DNA of 63,108 bases, counting the filler, from Aduncisulcus paluster (Eukaryota): assembly GCA_024181965.1 (NCBI GenBank). It is 5 parts of 5 records of this genome, joined end to end, with 100 filler letters (N's around TTAATTAATTAA, not from the genome) between each part and the next. Parts side by side here need not be neighbours in the genome. Positions count along the whole stretch, not along the records: positions 56,213 to 60,629 come from BQXS01012709.1; positions 60,730 to 63,108 come from BQXS01012716.1; 3 more parts are not named here. The stretch is one strand, 5' to 3'. The notes beneath the pieces were generated by a model that ran no database searches, was not told the origin of the DNA, and saw only the letters and a program-made list of their open reading frames with translations. Positions within the stretch are counted from its first letter, which is position 1, and each line of letters starts with the position of its first letter. The translations under genes were made by a program, and so were the position numbers. Positions 56,529-63,108 of this stretch are shown here, in pieces.

Positions 56529-57327
56529 AGACTATGTTGATATTCTCCTCTTTTCATTCTTTTTCTTGATCGTTTTTTGTTTGCCATGTACTTTCTCTCG
56601 ATTCGTTCCCCTTTGAGATCTTCCTCTTTATTTTTACGTCATTATTTTCCAATGTTTTTGTTGTCGTTGTTTTATTATTTTGCATATTACTACAAAATAC
56701 GAATTGGAAAATGTTTAAATATATCTATCTATTATTTATTTTCTTTGCCCTTCTTTTTTAATATTTCTTGCATTAATCAGCGTTGTGATAAAATCTATCT
56801 CTCTGGCCACGTCATGTTTGTTTGTGTTTTTATTCACGCTGATCGTTAGTTATAACGCCCACTCTTTATGGATTGTGTGGTGTAATTTTCCTTGTAAAAT
56901 ATTTATGAAGAGATGATATCAAGTGTTCCATGATGCTCCATCGTCTCTAAATGATTTCTTGTTGTCCAAATCCTTACCATTTCTTTCTCCTCTCCACTTC
57001 CCCTTTTTTTTTGTCTCCTTTTGTAAGTTGAAATGATGATATATCGAAAACTCCTCCACAACTCGATCTTCTTCATGTTCATCCAAAAACTTGACTTTTA
57101 GGGTTGATTCTTCTGTCAATATAGGCCCTATTGGCAATAGGGTGGTGAGAAATTGGTAATCCGGTACAACTTTTGTGTGTTTGCTATGCTCGAATAAATG
57201 AATTGATTAGAACCCAACTGGAATTTATTGAATTTAAATCGATTGAATTGTCTTATTTATGTGATCTTTGAACTTGTCATGACTCATGGCCAGCACGATC
57301 GTGGGTTCATTTAATGAACTCCATTTA

Positions 57328-57948
57328 TCATTTTTTGGCGGCAGCGAGACAACGATCAACGAATTCCCAATTGATCATGTGCTTCACATGTTCAACATAT
57401 TCGGCTTTCCGATTCTGACAATAAAGATACCAAGCGTGTTCCCATGCATCAATCGCAAGCACAGGAACAAGACCGAGCTCTGGATCATTGATCGGAGAAT
57501 CTTGATTGGCGGTGTTCATGATTTCAAGCTTACCAGTCTTTGTATTAAACACCATCCAAGTCCATCCACTTCCAAATAACGTTGAGAGCTTTCCCGAGAA
57601 GATTTTCCACATCTCATCAACACTTCCAAAGTCCTTCTCAACATGCACTTTGAGTGCGGCAGGAAGAGGCTGATCAAACTTTGGAGATAGACATTTCCAA
57701 AAGAATGTGTGATTTGCATAACCACCACTAACATTCCTAACTTTCTGTCGTAAGCCAACAGGCAGAAGTTCAAGATGTGAGATAACATATTCAATAGGTT
57801 TTCCATCAAGAACAGTACCAGCAAGGGCTGCTTGGGATTTGGTGCAGTATCCTTTATGATGAAGTCTATGAACTTCAATAACCTTCTTGGGATAATGAGG
57901 TTCAAGGGCATCAATGGACCATGGGTAATCTTCGAGAGTATATGGCAT
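57328..57948 (-). CDS. SOD: Fe/Mn superoxide dismutase with Mn-type signature residues
   Basis: DALEPH, HRLHHKGY, GGYANHTFFW, FGSGWTW, TANQDSP and IDAWEHAWY; all four metal ligands are present. Confidence 0.95.
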   Translation of the reverse strand: MPYTLEDYPWSIDALEPHYPKKVIEVHRLHHKGYCTKSQAALAGTVLDGKPIEYVISHLELLPVGLRQKVRNVSGGYANHTFFWKCLSPKFDQPLPAALKVHVEKDFGSVDEMWKIFSGKLSTLFGSGWTWMVFNTKTGKLEIMNTANQDSPINDPELGLVPVLAIDAWEHAWYLYCQNRKAEYVEHVKHMINWEFVDRCLAAAKK

Positions 57949-58547
57949 TGCTTTGTGATGGAGTTACTTTTCCTATAGGGTGGAAATAGAAGATAAATAT
58001 GGGCAAATAAATGAATATCGCGAGAAAATAATAAACGTCACAATAAACATCATGTATGTCACATTGATACTATACAGTTCTCAAGGATTAAGTAATTAAA
58101 AGATTTGTCAGATTCATATTGATTGCTATCATCGTCTATTCAACATAACAATGGAAAATCAATTCGTAATAAATCATTGCTAAGCAAAATTATTTGATAT
58201 AAAAGGTGCAAAATGTAGAAACGCAAGGAAATAGAAAATCTTGAAACATCAAGAGAATTAGTGGATATAATAGGCCATGGGTGAAAGAAAATGGATATAA
58301 ATAAGCGCTGTAGACAAAATATAATGGTATTTTATTTTATTTTGAGACAAGTAACCATATGCCAAGAATCTTGGCCCAAGATGAAAACAGTGTTCTTCTT
58401 TCATAAAAAACATATTCAACCTTTGAAAATTGGCCAAGTTGATTGGGACATTTAAAATTGGACAAAGTTCGACTCTGTAACAAAGAGTTTTTGTTAAAAT
58501 TTATCAACACAATCAATTTTGGCATCCTGACATCAAAATTACATTTT

Positions 58548-60629
58548 TCATAGTCTTATTTTCCTGAACCCGTCTTTATGAAGAATCTTCACACATTCCA
58601 ACATACAATTCAACCATTGAAGACAAATGACGATTCCATCAGGAAGTCTCTTCCCAGAACATCCCTTGGAGATATCCGCGATATACCTTCGTAACCTCCA
58701 AATCTGATCTTTTGGGAATTTATCTACAGATTGGCTCATATCTATCATCAAAGAAGGCAATTTGGGAGAAAGGAGGAACTTCTTAAGAATTATACCATCA
58801 CTGGTCGGCAATGTAAATATATCCCAGAGAAGAAGTCCCCCAACGAATAGAAGAGATTGAGAGAGGAAAACACTCCAAGGAGGCATCTCACGGATTGAAA
58901 GTTCAAACAGTTTTTGATGAGAATGAGTAAGAGAACATCTTGAGAGAAGACGTCGTTGCAATTCGTCAAAAGCACGCTGACCAAATGCTTTAAGAGGAGT
59001 TTTTGGAGGAGTACTAGTCACGCATCTCCTTATTGGAGAAGCAAGGGATGACCATACTTCTCGCTGTCTTGCTCGTAATACAGGAGTCGAGATATGATGT
59101 GTATTCGTTCCTACAGAGCCAGATCGATCATCCAAGTGTCTATTAACGACAGTAACCTCAACCTGCAAACCATCTATTTCCTCTCTATCATCCTTTTCAT
59201 CAATACTGGGAAACATATCAACCTCAAGACACACCAGACCAATGTCTGCAAGAGTGAGCAATGTACATGTATCAAAGTGGATGGATTCCCCATCTTTCTC
59301 TGCGCATTGAAAAAGGGAAGGGAATATGCAAGAAGATCCCTGAAACCGAATTGTTCTCCCACTGCTTTCAACCGTCATTGGTGGCTGAGACAAGGAATGA
59401 GATATGGTTTGCTGTGGACTGAGAAGAGTTGAGGAGGTTTTCGATGGAGCAGAGAGCGGAGAACAAAACGTCTGCTCACATAACTCACCCCTCATAAAAT
59501 CAACAACACAAATCCTATCTTTTTCGACAATAATCAATTGGGATTTATGAGCATGAATGGCCAAAGGTTTAGACAAGAGAGCACCAGATAAACTCCCACT
59601 CATCCGACCAGCAATTCCTCTGGATCCAATAATCAGTTTGAATGAATAAATTGAACTGGAGCCAAAAATAGGTTTTGAGAAAGTTGGAGTTATTGATTTT
59701 TTTCGCTTATCAGAACCCTTGGACTCACGACGTTTCTTGCACACTTCCCACACGCAACAATCGGCCATATCGCATACATATAACTTACTTTCACAGATTG
59801 TGAGAGACGATATTTCAGTGAATATATGTGGAAGAACATACACATTCGACATATTCTTTGTGAATGACCCCACTCTTTTCCCAGAAAAATGTTCGGATGA
59901 CTCATTATCAAAGCCACAATAAGAGGATGAGGAATCAGAGACAGAAGGAGGCAACTTTATGGACAATACCCAGCGTTTAAATGCAACATAGAGAAACTCT
60001 GAACTCCCCACACATGCAACAATATCGCCCACAACAGAATCTCTTGTCTGACGTTCGACTTCAGCTTTTAGTCTATCAAGCGAACACAGGGTAAAAGTGG
60101 AAGACATTCCTCTTTCGTTCACAGATATGAGTCGAACACCTCGACAATCACACACACATACGCCTCGAGCACATGAACACATGGTGGATGCTCTGAAAAA
60201 AGTAGACGGGGAAGATGCAGGTGGCAAAGAAAGATGTGAAGAAGGTGATAAGTCTTCATCTCGGACACGTTTCATGCCAAATCGACCCACAACATCTGTT
60301 CCATCTCTCCCCTTTGAGCCGGTTGCTTCATTAATAGTGAACATCATCACTCGTTTGGGATCTTCCATGACCATGGAATGGACATTACTTCCGTCAATTG
60401 TCACGATACTGCCTTTTCTAAGCAGAGAGGCTATGCTTGACAGTGGAGCACATGAATCAACATTTTGAACCAGCGATGAGGAAAAACACATATGCTTGAA
60501 AGGCAGAGGACTTGGTAAGCGAATAATGTGTACTCTAGAACAATCATGTGCTGAATACATCGATTCATCTCCTTGCAGATGCAAGGTAGTATTATAGTAT
60601 GAATTCGAGGAGAGCAAAGTGTACGTGTC
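58548..60629 (-). CDS. Unknown protein: degenerate beta-propeller/NHL-like region plus C-terminal helical domain; 5'-truncated by linker
   Basis: Long open frame running to the gap; LYVCDMADCCVWEV and G..G...GSLSGALLSKPLAI resemble NHL repeats. Confidence 0.6.
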   Translation of the reverse strand, partial: DTYTLLSSNSYYNTTLHLQGDESMYSAHDCSRVHIIRLPSPLPFKHMCFSSSLVQNVDSCAPLSSIASLLRKGSIVTIDGSNVHSMVMEDPKRVMMFTINEATGSKGRDGTDVVGRFGMKRVRDEDLSPSSHLSLPPASSPSTFFRASTMCSCARGVCVCDCRGVRLISVNERGMSSTFTLCSLDRLKAEVERQTRDSVVGDIVACVGSSEFLYVAFKRWVLSIKLPPSVSDSSSSYCGFDNESSEHFSGKRVGSFTKNMSNVYVLPHIFTEISSLTICESKLYVCDMADCCVWEVCKKRRESKGSDKRKKSITPTFSKPIFGSSSIYSFKLIIGSRGIAGRMSGSLSGALLSKPLAIHAHKSQLIIVEKDRICVVDFMRGELCEQTFCSPLSAPSKTSSTLLSPQQTISHSLSQPPMTVESSGRTIRFQGSSCIFPSLFQCAEKDGESIHFDTCTLLTLADIGLVCLEVDMFPSIDEKDDREEIDGLQVEVTVVNRHLDDRSGSVGTNTHHISTPVLRARQREVWSSLASPIRRCVTSTPPKTPLKAFGQRAFDELQRRLLSRCSLTHSHQKLFELSIREMPPWSVFLSQSLLFVGGLLLWDIFTLPTSDGIILKKFLLSPKLPSLMIDMSQSVDKFPKDQIWRLRRYIADISKGCSGKRLPDGIVICLQWLNCMLECVKILHKDGFRKIRL

Positions 60630-60831
60630 NNNNNNNNNNNNNNNNNNNNNNNNNNNNNNNNNNNNNNNNNNNNTTAATTAATTAANNNNNNNNNNNNNNN
60701 NNNNNNNNNNNNNNNNNNNNNNNNNNNNNAATTGCAATCTAATTTAGATTTATTATGGTAACATCACTATAATAAAGAACTACGATGGTGGAAATTGCTT
60801 TACATATGAAATTAGCTCAATAACAACACAT

Positions 60832-62366
60832 TCACTTTTTCACTTTTCTTCCTTTCTTTTTCCCCATACCTTTGTTTCCAACCCATTTTTCCTTCTTTCT
60901 TCGCTTTTTCTCCTGAACAATCTCCCTCATCAACTTTTGTTTTTCAGTCAGCTCCATCAAACTATCAGATTTCTCTTTTGTTTTCTTTACCTTTTTCTTC
61001 TTGGGTTTATCTTTTTCTTTTAAGACCTTCGTTTCCTTCTTCTTCTTCTTCATTACTTTCTTCTTTTCGGGTGTTCTGCGTTTTCCTTTCTTTTTATCAT
61101 CTTCATCTTCAAAAGACTCTTCCTCGTCATCTTTCATTGATTTCATAACAATCCGAAGCATTGCCCCGACCTTTTTGACCTTTTCCCTGTCAAGAAGCAT
61201 TGCACACCAATACATCCTCTCTTTTCCTTGTTCAACATTGGTCAGAATTTTTGACTTGGGGAGAGCGAATGAGATTACTGAACTAAGAAGAGCAAGGGAG
61301 GAGTCTTCTGGCCTGGCAAAATATGGAGCAGAGAGATCAAACATATCAAGAGGAGGGTGAGACTCAAGACGGTCGGAGACACTCGAAGAATGGGCCACCT
61401 TTTCAACTTCCTCTTCTTCCTCAGGAAATGACTTCTTTCTTGTTTCTTCCTCTTCATCATCAATGGGAAGGAAATATTGAGTTAAATATAGAAAGTGAGA
61501 AGTTTCAAATCCCTCACCTTCAGCCTCATCCTCGGCCCATTCAATATCTTCAAAGAGATTTTCGAGAGCAGGTGGAACAACATCAGCCGGAACATTAATG
61601 AATCGCGATGAAAAGAGAACAGCACAATGAGCGGGAAATGGTCCAGAAGGTGGAGGAAGAAGAGAAGGATCAAATTCAATCAATTTCTTCTCACGGGAAG
61701 AAAGTTTAGAGATGGACTTTGGAGGCTTTGATTTGTTTTTTTTAGCATTATAAAACTCCATTCTCATATCATACACACTCTTAGCAGCCTTGATTGTCTT
61801 GTCATGATCACTGTCCCATTGAGACAAAATGTCTTTTACAGTTTTCCATTTTTCANNNNNNNNNNNNNNNNNNNNAGTTTAGAGATGGACTTTGGAGGCT
61901 TTGATTTGTTTTTTTTAGCATTATAAAACTCCATTCTCATATCATACACACTCTTAGCAGCCTTGATTGTCTTGTCATGATCACTGTCCCATTGAGACAA
62001 AATGTCTTTTACAGTTTTCCATTTTTCAGGTCCAAAAATACGAGCAAAAAATTTTAACGTGGGTACAACCCATGTCTTTTTAAAGAATGAATGTCTGTTA
62101 ATATTTAAAGAAGAAGTAAATCCAAGAACTACATCTTCTTTGCTTCCAACAACTTTTATACATGATCCAACTTCAACCTGTTCAGACAAAGCATCAGATA
62201 CATCATGAGATAAGCCAACACAATCATCTGTAACAAAATAATTCTTGGATAACAAATGCTTAATGCCCCAATAATCATCTGGTTGGGGATCACGAAAATC
62301 AAACGCAATATCAAGATTTTCCCCGGTCCTTGCGGTAAGTAAATCCTGTTCCTCTTCTATTTCCAT
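60832..62366 (-). CDS. BCCIP: BCCIP/Bcp1 family protein with Lys-rich tail; split by the gap 61856-61875 with a duplicated overlap
   Basis: FDFRDPQPDDYWGIKHLL, QVEVGSCIK, VLGFTSSLN, LFSSRFINVPADVVPP and YFARPED. Confidence 0.88.
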
Positions 62367-63108
62367 AAATTTACCTTTCTTCTTTTTCTATTTGACTCAA
62401 AAAGCAGTGATTGATTTTCGATGCTCAGTTCACTGATCAAGTTGATCTGTGCTCAGCACCTTGACAATTCTCTGCCAAAATTAACCTAATAAATCCAAAT
62501 TTCTGTTGTAATTCCTTATTTATTCCACAATAAATGCGCAGTAGCACTCACAATCCCCGACATGTTATGTGAGCCATTTAGAATAGGCCGACATACAATA
62601 CGATTCCACATCTTCAAACCATGGAGGGTTTAGGCAAAAAGACCGGTAAGACGAAGGATCATGGAGATGGTATCCGCGACATTTGAAAAAAACAAAAAGA
62701 ATGGTTGAGACCTGAAAGGGTTTCAAATCCGATCATAGATAAAAATTGCATGAAATTAAAAAGTCGAATAAATGTAAATAAATAAATCGAAAGAAAACAC
62801 TTGATTGTGCAGTTCGAGAGAAAACAAAGAAAGGAAGGAAAAAGGGGAGAAAACGAATCAAGCTATCAAAGCAATAAATAAATTATATATATATAAATAT
62901 ATAAAATAACAAACCAAAAATATGAAAGATGCATCTTCATAATGCAGACAAGAGAAAAAACCTATGTCAAAATAGACAGGAATACAAAAAGTAAACAAAG
63001 AAAGAAATCCGTGTGACACAACACATATTATTATTTGTGCATTACTTGTGAGAATGAACCTTTCGCCTGGCCAACTCCTCGTCAAGCTCACCACGACGTC
63101 GATAGATA

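Noticed and set aside
56919..57180. Short minus-strand ORF downstream of SOD
   Set aside because: It has no ATG start and no recognisable motif; it may be a decayed fragment but cannot be supported.
1..63108. tRNA, rRNA, transposase or RT genes
   Set aside because: I found no cloverleaf/TTCGA arm context, rRNA signature, or DDE/RT motifs by eye. tRNAscan-SE and cmscan would be needed to exclude them.

Overview
AT-rich, gene-dense, intron-poor eukaryotic DNA using the standard genetic code. Short GTATGT/GTATGA...YAG introns sit near 5' ends. Gene content and family expansions suggest a fornicate/metamonad protist, most likely a Carpediemonas-like organism such as Aduncisulcus; this is inference and was not searched. 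The window is not contiguous: four artificial N44-TTAATTAATTAA-N44 linkers (19992-20091, 33669-33768, 56113-56212, 60630-60729) join five contigs, and six 20-N gaps are flanked by duplicated overlaps. Recognisable genes: EGF/tenascin-type membrane protein, SRPK, EamA/DMT transporter, SAC3/GANP-like, Serinc, IST1, eIF2A, ADP-dependent sugar kinase, DPY-30/DYDC-like, alpha2delta/CACHD1-like VWA-Cache protein, Mn/Fe SOD and BCCIP/Bcp1. The most notable accessory content is an unnamed ~170-aa tandem-domain family. It has three intact paralogs with a fixed scaffold and hypervariable aromatic-rich loops, and is carried on a dispersed duplicated cassette seen three times (one copy partial). The same domain is fused, in degenerate form, to one of two members of a divergent kinase family, suggesting a diversified sensor/kinase repertoire.
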